Source of the DNA: a virus | Virus record (IMG/VR): IMGVR_UViG_3300043466_002666 | DNA: 64,000 nt | Direction: 5' to 3' (one strand) | Shown: positions 27,683-38,000 of the stretch, one piece after another | How positions within the stretch are numbered: the first letter of the stretch is position 1 | How the letters are laid out: each line of letters begins with the position of its first letter | Notes under the pieces: model-generated | Seen by the model: the letters and a program-made list of their open reading frames with translations, nothing else | Database searches by the model: none | What the model was told of the DNA's origin: nothing | Translations under genes and position numbers: made by a program

Positions 27683-28231
27683 TCAACCACCAACAATTTG
27701 AATTTCTGTTGCATATACTTTAGCACCACCACTTCCAGCAATTGTAGCATACTTAAAACTATTATTTAGAGTGGCCGTTCCAGTAAAATCAGCATAACCA
27801 GAAGAATTAAGAGCAACCGAAATTGAAGTATCTGTTACTGCAGTTACTGCTAGGTGTGCAACGCCAGTATTATATGCAGCAACCGAAGAACCAGTTAGAG
27901 TAACATAATCACCAACAACAAACGAATGTGCTGGACGACCAACATCTTGTCTCATATTTAGAACAGTTGTACTCGCACCCTTAGTAATACTAGCAATAGC
28001 AGCTCTTTTTACAGAAGCAACCTTGACTACAATCTCATACCCATCATGGATGTAAAGTGTGCTGTTTGCTGCTAGAGGGTTTCCTCCCCATGCAATTCTT
28101 GCTGGACCTTTTGCAATATCAGCAATAAAACGAATTACACCACTATTGACGATAAATGCAGTAGATTGAGTATCTGTAGTATCTGTAGTATCTACTATAG
28201 GTAAATCTTGTACAACTTTAATGACTGACAT
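27683..28231 (-). CDS. Putative virion structural protein
   Basis: 182 aa, Ala/Thr/Val-rich, with HSFVVGDYVTLTG; late promoter ATAAATA at 28266-28272. Confidence 0.65.
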   Translation of the reverse strand: MSVIKVVQDLPIVDTTDTTDTQSTAFIVNSGVIRFIADIAKGPARIAWGGNPLAANSTLYIHDGYEIVVKVASVKRAAIASITKGASTTVLNMRQDVGRPAHSFVVGDYVTLTGSSVAAYNTGVAHLAVTAVTDTSISVALNSSGYADFTGTATLNNSFKYATIAGSGGAKVYATEIQIVGG

Positions 28232-28251
28232 TTAAATTCTCCGAATTGTTA

Positions 28252-28668
28252 TCATTCTTCCGTATTATTTATTTTGGATTGTTTTAGAAACTTTTGAAGT
28301 TCTGCGGTGCTTCCGATAAACATTGTATTGTTTACAGTAGATGGACCTTTTCTGGAAGGAGTATCTTCTTCAATGGTCTTCATTTTTTTCTGAAGATCAA
28401 TTAATTTGTCAGTCATATCAGCAATATTTTTGATGCCTTGGAAAGCAACTTCATATGCTCTTGGATGATCACTATTTCTAGCTACATCCATGATGCCATC
28501 AATCGCTTCCTGACCCTTTCCAATTAAATTATATAATTGTTCTCTACTATATTCATAATCTTTTTCAATATCTTTTATATCATCTTCAAGTTTTACAATT
28601 TCTGTTTCGGAAACTGTATCTTGAGGGACAATATTAAAAGCGTCATCTAATTTATCGAATGTTGACAT
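28252..28668 (-). CDS. gp16: Terminase small subunit
   Basis: DYEYSREQLYNLIGKGQEAI, HPRAYEV, NNTMFIGSTAELQKFLK. Confidence 0.93.
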   Translation of the reverse strand: MSTFDKLDDAFNIVPQDTVSETEIVKLEDDIKDIEKDYEYSREQLYNLIGKGQEAIDGIMDVARNSDHPRAYEVAFQGIKNIADMTDKLIDLQKKMKTIEEDTPSRKGPSTVNNTMFIGSTAELQKFLKQSKINNTEE

Positions 28669-28670
28669 GA

Positions 28671-29468
28671 TTATTCAGTCCAAAGTTCATTAAATCCAAA
28701 ATCATCATCTGCTTCTACTAAAGCATCATCTAGAGTATTAATAACTCCATCGTTATTATTATCTTCTAATGCTTTTGGAGTTACACTATATGTCACATAT
28801 CTGTTGGCGTTAATTGCAGTACCAATATCAACATTGACCTTTTTGATTATATCTGAAGTTGTAATTGGTCCGTAAATATATGACTTTGCAGTAAATGTTA
28901 GAGTGTAAATAATAGTTCTTCTGACAGTAAAATCTCCTTCATAATCATCTTGAATAGTTACACCATTTAGTAAAATTGGAATATCTTTTTTCTCATCTGT
29001 CTCTGCGACCATATTGATCGTAATTGAAAAATATGGCTGAAAGAAAGGTAAAATTTGTTCTAAAATTTGAACAGCATCGTCGTTATTTTTGCTGATGATA
29101 GCAAGCTCAAAATCTAAATTATATGGAACTGGCATATAATGTGAATATGATATATCAGTTTCTCCATTCTTTGGAGTTCTGCATACCTGAGTTGGTCCTA
29201 ACTTTCTTGAGGGATCATATGTGATTCCTTTTAACTCAAACGCAATTCTAGGTAGCTGAATCTGAGTAGGTCTTCGTTGATCTAAATCTGGTTCTGCTTC
29301 TACTCTTGCTAAAAATTTCTCAACAGGACCATATGCAAAAGGAACTTTAATGGATTGCTTAACAACTCCATCTTTGTCTTTTCTTCTGAGTTCTATATTA
29401 TTAAATAGAGTGCCAAATCCAATAATTGTTTTACGAATTGATTCGTTATAAAAATGTGTGCCTAACAT
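28671..29468 (-). CDS. gp15: Tail sheath stabiliser / terminator
   Basis: FYNESIRKTIIGFGTLFNNI, VPFAYGP, QILEQILPFFQP, DDYEGDF. Confidence 0.95.
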   Translation of the reverse strand: MLGTHFYNESIRKTIIGFGTLFNNIELRRKDKDGVVKQSIKVPFAYGPVEKFLARVEAEPDLDQRRPTQIQLPRIAFELKGITYDPSRKLGPTQVCRTPKNGETDISYSHYMPVPYNLDFELAIISKNNDDAVQILEQILPFFQPYFSITINMVAETDEKKDIPILLNGVTIQDDYEGDFTVRRTIIYTLTFTAKSYIYGPITTSDIIKKVNVDIGTAINANRYVTYSVTPKALEDNNNDGVINTLDDALVEADDDFGFNELWTE

Positions 29469-30565
29469 TAAAATTCTCCCATATTTGAATATTCACCGAA
29501 TGGATTTCTTTCGGACCAGTCGATAATTTGGTCACCTTCATCTTCAAACCATTTGTTTTCGTTGAAGTCATCATTTTCATTTTCAATAGAGCTAAAGGTA
29601 CTGATTACCCACTCTGCATTACTAGTTCCTCCGATTAAAGTTTCTCCGTCTTTAAACTTTCCTACTATATCTATAAGCTCAAGCTCTTTATTAGTTACAT
29701 CATATCTTATAACTTTTCCTTTGGCTCCGCTTATAGAACCTGTTACGATCTCTTCAAATTTATAGATGCCTTTTGGTGCCAATACTGCCTGTGCAGATGC
29801 TCCATTTCCAGCACCACCGATAATTACTGCAGGAACAGAATTATATCCAGATCCAGGTTGAATAATTTTAATTCCTGTAATTACTCCTGCAGAAACTGTA
29901 GCAGCAGCTTGAGCACCAGATGCTCCACTTACAATACCAAAAGTTACAGTAGTTCCAGATGCAGTATATCCGGTGCCTCCATTGAGAACATTAATTTGCT
30001 TAATTCCTTCTGTAAGTTTAAATGTAATAGAATATCCTTCCTCTCTTCTAATTTTATCTATTTCTTCTACCCCAGTTTCAAATCTTTCACTGGAATCCTC
30101 CATTACTTCACAAACTAGTTGATATGTCGCAATCTGTCCTAATTGTCGAAATGGTTTGTTGTGCTCTACAAATTTAATTTGAAATAGTTGATTTGTTAGA
30201 GGGAAATAAATTACATCACCTTCATTAGGTCTTTCGTTGGTGAGTAAATTGTTTGATGAGGAGATTAGATCTTCCCATCTTCTCTTTGAAATTATAAATG
30301 TTGCCTCTTCTGCAATACGTACTCCAAATTTAGTTAATAACGTTCCTTCCCCGGTAAATCCTTCGTAGTTAGAAACATACATTTCTATCATGTAGTTTTC
30401 ATCAAATAATGCAAGAGGATCTTCTTTGAATAATCTGTCATCATCTGAAAATTCTCTTGGCAAATAATAAACATCAAAACCATAAATTTTCAAAGATTCT
30501 ATAATTAAATCTTCATACAATCTTTGTTCTGATGATGTTCCGTGGGAAAAGTAAACGTTTTTCAT
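29468..30565 (-). CDS. gp14: Neck protein with an inserted Gly-rich beta domain
   Basis: EQRLYEDLIIESLKIYG, KFGVRI, RPNEGDVIYFP, NPFGE; insert GGTGY...PGSGY. Confidence 0.93.
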   Translation of the reverse strand: MKNVYFSHGTSSEQRLYEDLIIESLKIYGFDVYYLPREFSDDDRLFKEDPLALFDENYMIEMYVSNYEGFTGEGTLLTKFGVRIAEEATFIISKRRWEDLISSSNNLLTNERPNEGDVIYFPLTNQLFQIKFVEHNKPFRQLGQIATYQLVCEVMEDSSERFETGVEEIDKIRREEGYSITFKLTEGIKQINVLNGGTGYTASGTTVTFGIVSGASGAQAAATVSAGVITGIKIIQPGSGYNSVPAVIIGGAGNGASAQAVLAPKGIYKFEEIVTGSISGAKGKVIRYDVTNKELELIDIVGKFKDGETLIGGTSNAEWVISTFSSIENENDDFNENKWFEDEGDQIIDWSERNPFGEYSNMGEF

Positions 30566-31386
30566 TATCCTACCATATCAAGTGGTGGCAGTTCATATGT
30601 ACTTAGAAGTTCTTCATATAGCTTATCCAACTCTCCAGATGCATCATCATATAATTGACGACCATTGAAAGTTACCCCACCTGGCATCTGAATACCTTCA
30701 AATTTAGATAAATTTTGACCCCACTGCTTTTTGATAAGTGAAGTTAAATATTTTTTGACCCAAATTTCATTATAAAGTTTATTGAACTCATTTGGATCCA
30801 ATGCTCTATAACAATCAATAACAATAAAATCATCTTTAGATTGCATACCCCAATCAAGATCAATATACAATCTATTTTGAACTTTATTATAACGAATATC
30901 TTTGTTGCCTTCTAACATAAAATCTAGTGTTTCTAGATAAGTCAGCACCATATAATAATTCATAATATCATATGAATAGAAATTATAAAAGTCATTTAGA
31001 AAGAACTGATATCTAAAACCAAACATGTTATTAACAAAAGCATTTGATACTTTAAAAATGCCTTGCACTGCAATAACGTGATCTGGAACTGTTAGATATC
31101 CTCTTCCTTCTTCAAAACTTAAAGTCCTGGATGAATCAGAATCATTGGTGTCAGTTTTAGTAGTAGTAAAATTTCTTTTCTTTCCATTATCAAGATCTTC
31201 TTGGGTAAGTTTGTACTTCAAGTACATCCTTTCCATGCCATTATAGGCTCTCTCATTAAAAATTTGAATTGTGTCGTCGATGAGATCTTCTATTTGATCG
31301 TCATCAACATTAATTTCAATCACTGGTTTTCCAAGTCTACGAAGACAATATTCTTTTAATTGTACTCTACTACTTGGTTTTGTCAT
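30565..31386 (-). CDS. gp13: Neck protein
   Basis: LKEYCLRRLGKPVIEINV, KQWGQNLSKF, PGGVTFNG. Confidence 0.95.
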   Translation of the reverse strand: MTKPSSRVQLKEYCLRRLGKPVIEINVDDDQIEDLIDDTIQIFNERAYNGMERMYLKYKLTQEDLDNGKKRNFTTTKTDTNDSDSSRTLSFEEGRGYLTVPDHVIAVQGIFKVSNAFVNNMFGFRYQFFLNDFYNFYSYDIMNYYMVLTYLETLDFMLEGNKDIRYNKVQNRLYIDLDWGMQSKDDFIVIDCYRALDPNEFNKLYNEIWVKKYLTSLIKKQWGQNLSKFEGIQMPGGVTFNGRQLYDDASGELDKLYEELLSTYELPPLDMVG

Positions 31387-31601
31387 TATACTGACCTTCT
31401 AGATTTTGTAAGTTCTTTTGTTGGAGTTTCAGATTTGTCATCAAAAGAACCCCCATCTGAAACTAAAGGTTGCTTTTGGGTAGCAGTTATCATATTATTA
31501 AGATAAATCACTTTAGCTTCAAGCATTATGTTTTGGGATGTCAATTCATTTATCTTTTTTTGCATTACTGCTAATAAATTATTTACTTCATCTGAGTTCA
31601 T
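31386..31601 (-). CDS. Small coiled-coil hypothetical protein
   Basis: 71 aa; late promoter ATAAATA at 31622-31628. Confidence 0.7.
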   Translation of the reverse strand: MNSDEVNNLLAVMQKKINELTSQNIMLEAKVIYLNNMITATQKQPLVSDGGSFDDKSETPTKELTKSRRSV

Positions 31602-31627
31602 AATTACCTCATAGTTTTAGTTATTTA

Positions 31628-34048
31628 TCAATAGGTTCCACCATCAAGAGTTGTAGTCCAAACTGGAACACCAGAACCATTTACAGTTAAAATTTGATTT
31701 GATGTTGTTTCATCAGAAGTTCCTGCAGCAACTGTTCTTGTTAATCTCTTGTATTGATCAAAGAAAGCAACACCATTTAATACCCCATCATCAAGTTTTA
31801 CTGTTTTGAAATATGCACTACCTCTAGTTCCATTGAATACATTTCCAGAATTTGTGGCATCTGGAATGTATGTAAAATAATATGTTGTTACATCTTCAGA
31901 GATTCCAGACTCATCATAACCGAAGAAACCAGTTTTTAAGCTGCCATTGTAGTATCTGTATTCGATACCACGATCCATATTATCGTCTGCACCTTGAGTA
32001 AATGTTAAAGTGACTCCAGCTGCAATTCCCCCAGTTAATGCTGCACTAATGGTTATTTGATTTGAAGTATTAACTACAATTGTAGTGTTTGCAGGAATGT
32101 TGGCATCACCAGTAATAATATCTCCATTATTTAATCCTGTAGTATTATCAAGGATTAAAGTTGTTGCTCCATTTGAAGCAGAAGATGTTAAAACTTTCTC
32201 GCTAATCGCATCTCCAAGAGTAAAAATTGGATCATTTACAGTCATTACGGTAGAATTTACCGTAGTTGTAGTACCAGTTACCTTAAAGTTACCTCTAACA
32301 ATGACATCACCGCCAGCATCTCCGCCAGCAGGATAAGGATCAAGAGTAATTGTTTGACCACTTACATCTCCATAAATTGTAGATCCATTAATTTTTAGAT
32401 CTCCAAAATCAGTTGTGGTAGCAGCAGTACCAAAATTAATAGTAGTGGCGTTACCAAAGGCATTTACAGTAGTTGCATTGCTATTTAATAAATTAAATGT
32501 AGAAGTGGAACAATTTAAAGCTCCACCATCAATAGATATAGTTCCATCAACATCTAAATTATTATTGATATTAGTAGTACCTGTAGCAGCACCAATTTCA
32601 ACCGCAGTGGCGGCACCAGCAAAATTTACAGTAGTTGCATTGGCATTTAATAAATTAAATGTGGATTGATTTGTTGTGAAATTTCCGCCATCAACATTTA
32701 AATTATTATCAATATCAATATTTGCAACTCCAAAAGTAACTAATTCAGTAGAGTTGGTTGTGTCAATTTTAATATAATTATTAGAACCTTCCGCTAGCAA
32801 AAATGCACTTGCTGTATTATCTTCAACCGAAATATTTACTTTAGCAATTGAATTTCCAATTTCAATTAATTCTGAACCATTTATGGTTGTAATATTTAAA
32901 TAGTTTACTAATCCTTCTGTAATTGAAAATGCATTGGAAGCATTATTTAATATATTATTCTTAATAGATGCAATATTATTTCCTAAAATTAATGATTCCG
33001 AAGAATTAGTAGTATTAATTTTAATGTATTCATTAGTACTTTCTTTAACTACAAAAGCAGAAGCAACATTATCTTTAACAATATTATCAATCGCTGAAAT
33101 ATTATTACCTATACTTACTTTTTCAACCGAATTAGATGTTGTGACATCAATGTATACATTAGCATTTTGTTTTAATTGAAACGCCCCTAAAGAATTATCT
33201 AAAACTTCAACGGAAGTTTTAGCTAAAGTATTTCCAATAGAAATTAATTCAGATGAATTTGTAGTGTTTATTTTTAAATATGAGTCTATACCTTGTTTAA
33301 TATCAAGGGATCCTTCAATATTATCTCTTAAATTAAAATTGGTAGCAGAGTCTGTAAAATTTACATCTCCACCCTGAACCGTTAAATCGCCACTGACTGT
33401 TAAATTAGTAGGTGTTCCTGCCAGACCTACATTAAACGATCCAGCAACATAAAGATCTCCTCCAATTCCAACACCACCAGAAACAACTAATGCACCACTA
33501 GAAACTCCTGATGAAACAGTAGTATCAGAAATAGAGACTGCAACACCACTTGTAAAATTCCAATCTGCCCCAGTAACTTCTAGTCTATCATTAGTAGCTT
33601 CATTATATCTAATTTTGGTGTCCTTACTTGTACCAAAAGTTAAATATGTATCATCTGGAATTTGTATTTCTCCAACTCCATTTGGATCTAATACAATATC
33701 CCCATCTGTATTTGTAGATGAAATAGTGTTACCATCTAATCCAAGATTATCTACATAAAATTCATTGACTTTTTTCGCAGAATCTACTAATACCGCAGAG
33801 TTAGCAGTTAATGTTCCATGCCCATGATCGAGCATATCAGTAAAATATTTACCACCAATAACTTCAATATTAGCAGCAATACCTCCAGTTTCAGTACCTG
33901 TACCAAGGTACATTTTACCATAGGATGTTACTGTGGCACTTTGGGCATCAATATAATTACCAGTACCCCAAGAATAACCTAACTCACCTTGACCGAGATT
34001 TGGTTGTCCAATTCCAGAAGATCTTTTAATTTTAATAATAGTTGCCAT
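31628..34048 (-). CDS. Tail fibre-like structural protein with internal tandem repeats
   Basis: MATIIKIKRS...GELGY N-terminus, GALVVSGGVGIG, five 42-aa repeats, C-terminal LDGGTY. Confidence 0.8.
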   Translation of the reverse strand: MATIIKIKRSSGIGQPNLGQGELGYSWGTGNYIDAQSATVTSYGKMYLGTGTETGGIAANIEVIGGKYFTDMLDHGHGTLTANSAVLVDSAKKVNEFYVDNLGLDGNTISSTNTDGDIVLDPNGVGEIQIPDDTYLTFGTSKDTKIRYNEATNDRLEVTGADWNFTSGVAVSISDTTVSSGVSSGALVVSGGVGIGGDLYVAGSFNVGLAGTPTNLTVSGDLTVQGGDVNFTDSATNFNLRDNIEGSLDIKQGIDSYLKINTTNSSELISIGNTLAKTSVEVLDNSLGAFQLKQNANVYIDVTTSNSVEKVSIGNNISAIDNIVKDNVASAFVVKESTNEYIKINTTNSSESLILGNNIASIKNNILNNASNAFSITEGLVNYLNITTINGSELIEIGNSIAKVNISVEDNTASAFLLAEGSNNYIKIDTTNSTELVTFGVANIDIDNNLNVDGGNFTTNQSTFNLLNANATTVNFAGAATAVEIGAATGTTNINNNLDVDGTISIDGGALNCSTSTFNLLNSNATTVNAFGNATTINFGTAATTTDFGDLKINGSTIYGDVSGQTITLDPYPAGGDAGGDVIVRGNFKVTGTTTTVNSTVMTVNDPIFTLGDAISEKVLTSSASNGATTLILDNTTGLNNGDIITGDANIPANTTIVVNTSNQITISAALTGGIAAGVTLTFTQGADDNMDRGIEYRYYNGSLKTGFFGYDESGISEDVTTYYFTYIPDATNSGNVFNGTRGSAYFKTVKLDDGVLNGVAFFDQYKRLTRTVAAGTSDETTSNQILTVNGSGVPVWTTTLDGGTY
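32696..33325 (-). repeat. Five tandem 42-aa repeats in the fibre protein
   Basis: Consensus DNxxxAFxxKExxNxYIKINTTNSSELIxIGN, with a 126-nt period. Confidence 0.85.
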
Positions 34049-34067
34049 TTTTTGTGTCCCTGATGGT

Positions 34068-34307
34068 TTAATAGTTACCGCAATTAATAGTCAGACCATT
34101 TCTTTCTATAATATTAGAAGCAACCCAAGCATCAAGATTAGCATCATATTGCAAAAGGGCTCCATGTTGAGCATTTAGTACATCTACATCACGCAATGAA
34201 GAAATTTTTTGTGCTGCATTTGCAGCAATAGTTATTACTTGTGGTTGGTTAGATACTGTAGCAGATATCTTAGGAGAAGGTGAAGTATTTACTGTAATAT
34301 TAGTCAT
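34068..34307 (-). CDS. Small virion-associated protein
   Basis: LRDVDV, GALLQYD..W, INCGNY (fibre-like C-terminus). Confidence 0.7.
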   Translation of the reverse strand: MTNITVNTSPSPKISATVSNQPQVITIAANAAQKISSLRDVDVLNAQHGALLQYDANLDAWVASNIIERNGLTINCGNY

Positions 34308-34639
34308 TTTGTTACTCCTGGATTAATAGTAACAATTCCCTCTATTACTCTAGTTTTTTTACCAAAAGAATCGGTAAGAACTACATCATATAAGTATCTT
34401 CCTTGTTCTAAAGAAGAAGTTTGCGAAAAACCCAAATCAAGTATAACAATTCCAGTGGCTCTATTAGGCGAAAAAGTTACTGTAAAATCTGTTGATGTGC
34501 TACTATAATAAGATTTTCTTATTTTAGCCAATCCTGTATAACCGGTCAAATTCCATGGCTGATTGTTATCATCATAGATGGTAATTTTAGCGTTGAAATC
34601 AGAACCTTGGTCAACATATAAGTTTTTTACAGCTGCCAT
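34304..34639 (-). CDS. Putative baseplate/fibre-associated protein
   Basis: NLYVDQGSDF, AKIRKSY, GRYLYDV, RVIEGIVTINPGVT; late promoters TATAAATA at 34647-34654 and 34672-34679. Confidence 0.75.
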   Translation of the reverse strand: MAAVKNLYVDQGSDFNAKITIYDDNNQPWNLTGYTGLAKIRKSYYSSTSTDFTVTFSPNRATGIVILDLGFSQTSSLEQGRYLYDVVLTDSFGKKTRVIEGIVTINPGVTK

Positions 34640-34698
34640 TTAAAAATATTTATATAGAGAGATCTCCCTAATATTTATAAGCAGATCTATTCTTGAAA

Positions 34699-34857
34699 TT
34701 ATTTTTTTATTAATAAGTTCATAACTACCTGTTGTTGGATATGATATAATTTTGCAAATTCTTTTGCAATGTGCTTGGCACCCTCTTCGTTCAACGTATC
34801 TATATCATTATAAATTTTTTGAAGAGTAAATTGTTTATTAAGTGGTAGATCGTTCAT
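34699..34857 (-). CDS. nblA: NblA-like phycobilisome degradation adaptor (52 aa)
   Basis: Not in ORF track. MNDLPLNKQFTLQKIYNDIDTLNEEGAKHIAKEFAKLYHIQQQVVMNLLIKK has a two-helix pattern and LxLxxQFxL resembling NblA LSLEQQF. It fills the gap and overlaps the upstream stop. Confidence 0.6.
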   Translation of the reverse strand: MNDLPLNKQFTLQKIYNDIDTLNEEGAKHIAKEFAKLYHIQQQVVMNLLIKK

Positions 34858-35071
34858 TTAATTTTAACAGCAAAGTTTTAATTTCAGTTAGCTCAGATTT
34901 TAGATCTTGTAGCTCATTCTCAATTTTATCAATTTTCTGAGATTTATTCTGTCTCATTTGATAACTTTTCATATATGATTCATACTCATATGTATTACTA
35001 TTAACGATGGCACCACTATCAGAATCTCGATATAACCCTGGGTGCCCATCAACCATTACCTTTTTCATCAT
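34838..35071 (-). CDS. Conserved small coiled-coil protein
   Basis: VDGHPGLYRDSDSGAIVN followed by a heptad-rich C-terminus. Confidence 0.75.
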   Translation of the reverse strand: MMKKVMVDGHPGLYRDSDSGAIVNSNTYEYESYMKSYQMRQNKSQKIDKIENELQDLKSELTEIKTLLLKLNERSTT

Positions 35072-38000
35072 ACTGCTAATGCAATTGCTCTGAAGTTTCT
35101 AATTTTTGGAACATTAGTTTGATCTGCACTAATCATACATACCTTAATTGAGTATTCTTTAAACTCCGGTAAATTCTTTACTTCAAACTCAAATGCTCTG
35201 TAGTCAGATGAATTCACTGAAGTTGGATATGAAATTGGAGGCAATTCAATATAATTCATATCATCAAATGAGCCTAGGTTTCCATCACCATTTATTTTAA
35301 CAAATACCTTAATCTCAGAATAGTCTCCATTCAAACCTTGTTTTCTAATACCATCTAAAAGAACTTTAATTGCAGTCGAAGTATTTTGTAAGGTAACTTT
35401 TTTAGTAATATATGATGAATATTTACCAGAATTTGGAGTCAATTCTGCAGAAATATCTACAACATCATTAAGAATTTTTTTGCTAATTCTATTGCATACA
35501 GTAATTGCTGATGACCCAATTACATCTACTACAGGACTGATGTTATCAATTTCAGTAGACATTCTCAAATTAAATATTAGTGATGATGGATTAGATGGGA
35601 AATAAATTGAATTATTTGCAGATGAAACAACCAATCTAGGTGTAGTCATTTCGCAATACTGCTTATTTTCTACAGATTCTTCATTAATTTGAGAGAATGA
35701 GGATTGTGCAGCATAAATGCTATTTCCAGTAACACTTGTAAATGTAAATGATAAATCTGTTGAAGGAAGCACCAGAGTATTAATATTTGGATATAATTCC
35801 TCATATTGAATATTTCTAGATGCAATTATAGAATTTCCCCCAGCAATAATAGTGGAATTTGCATTAGTGGTTGCTGCAATTTTATATCTATCCAAATCAA
35901 CCACTTGAGTGATTTGATGTACTTTATTAATTTGTGTTAATGGAATTCCATTAATTGAATAGCATTTTACACTAGAACCAATTGCATGTGTTGCTGCTAC
36001 ACTGCCAGAAACTCCTCTTTCAGAGATAGTAAGTGTATTTCCAGAAATACCAGTGTATTTAATAATTTCATTATTGATTAATACAAATCCAGGATTTGTT
36101 GGAGATACTGGAAGTTTATTGATAGTTCCCCAAGTAGTAGCACTTGCATTGCCAACAGTAATATTTCCAGTTTGTGATGCGGTAGTGATTGCAGTATTTA
36201 AACTAGTATCTGGAGCATCTGACATAACAGAAGATAGTTTAACATAATTTTGTATACTGTTCATGCAATGATTTGGATGATATACTTCAATAGTTGCAGA
36301 GTTATCTGTGAATGATAGAGAGTCTGGATTTAATACTGCATCTGGAACAGGATCGTTATTTAACTTGCAGTTATATGTAGTATTTGTAATAAATTTAGCT
36401 CTATTTAATACAAATTTAACATCTTCAAATTGATCTGGTGACCAAGTTGACATATTCTGAGATTTAAATAATGAACCAGAGTATGGTTGTTTATCAATAA
36501 TAAATGAAGTTAATACATCATTTTCAGTAAGTCTAGATATCCACATTTTATATTGTTTAGAATTACTTCTAACTATAAATGCATAATATGTGTCTTGATT
36601 TAAATATACCAATGATGGGAAAGTAAATCTGGTTGCTACAGAAGCATTATTAGAAACATTTACATTAGATGCATCTACGACAGCAACTCCATATGGAACT
36701 ACAGTATTTGTGAGTGTTCCATTCTCCATAGTTCTAATTTCTACAGAGACTGGTACTGAAGGATCTTTGGTTTGGAAGTATAGATCAATTGAAGATATAA
36801 ACACTCCGCCAGTAGAATCTACAAAGAATGACTGTGCTACTGGGTCTCCTCCCCCTGCAGGTGGTGGTGGTGGTGGATCTGGAATGAAGACTGTTCTAGT
36901 TCCTCTGATGGGTGTAGACGTGATTTGTGGGGTTTGTAATGAAACTACATTGCTGGTTAAGCTAACTCTTGCACCTAAAGTATCATATACTGTTTCTGCA
37001 TTTGACTGAGAAATTCCATAAATTGAAGTTCCAGTAATTTCATCACATAACTTAAACACAGATGTGCCAGTCTGGTATGTTTGTGGAGGAATAATCAAGA
37101 AGGCGTTCAATACTCCAAATGAATCTGTTTTTACTCTAGGTGATGTAAGAGTAAGTGTTCCAATTGCACCTGAGGAATTTCCAGATATAACAAAAGTCGA
37201 ACCCAATATAACTGGATTTATATTACTTCCATCAATAGTTAAAATATTGTCAATACTTAAATATGTGGAAGTTGAAGAATATGAACCTAAATCATCAGCA
37301 ATTACTGTTGCAGTAATTACATTAGCTCCTTGGACAGTGCTAGCTAATGTTGGACGTAAAGTTACAGTTTCACCAATTACAAAAGTTCCAGTCCTATTGG
37401 TCATTCCAGTGATATTTTTAGGGAATATCATTGAATCATTCAGTGCATCATCAACAAAGAAGTGGAATAATGTATTGGGCTTTAACTTAGATGCAACTAC
37501 ATTAACAATTCGGGATCTAACAAACTCTTCTGTGCCAATACTATTAATACTATCCCCAACTTGAATTTCTTGAGTTAATGTTGAGAATGTATTATCAACT
37601 CCAGTTCTCTGTTGGAAGACATTAGTGCCGCCACCTGTCCTAGCAGACCCAGTAGAATTCCATGCACCCCATTGTTCACCTGAAGCACCACTATTGTCAA
37701 ATAGGAATCTAATTGGTTCTGATAAATCTATCTGTTGAGTCTCTCTTTGAGTTCTAATTGTATCGAACCAGACATCTTTATTTGGACTTAATACTAATTC
37801 ACCATTCCATGCAATAACCTCAAATGGCTGTAAATTTTCTACTCTACTTGCATAAATTTGGCTAATATATGCAACCTCATCATATGGTAAAGTAACTAAA
37901 GAGCCAGTTTTAGTTGTGGTTGAGTTTGCAGAATCATAATTTAAATTTACATTGTTTACATATGGGTATGGCCTTACTAATGCATTATCTGTATCAATAG

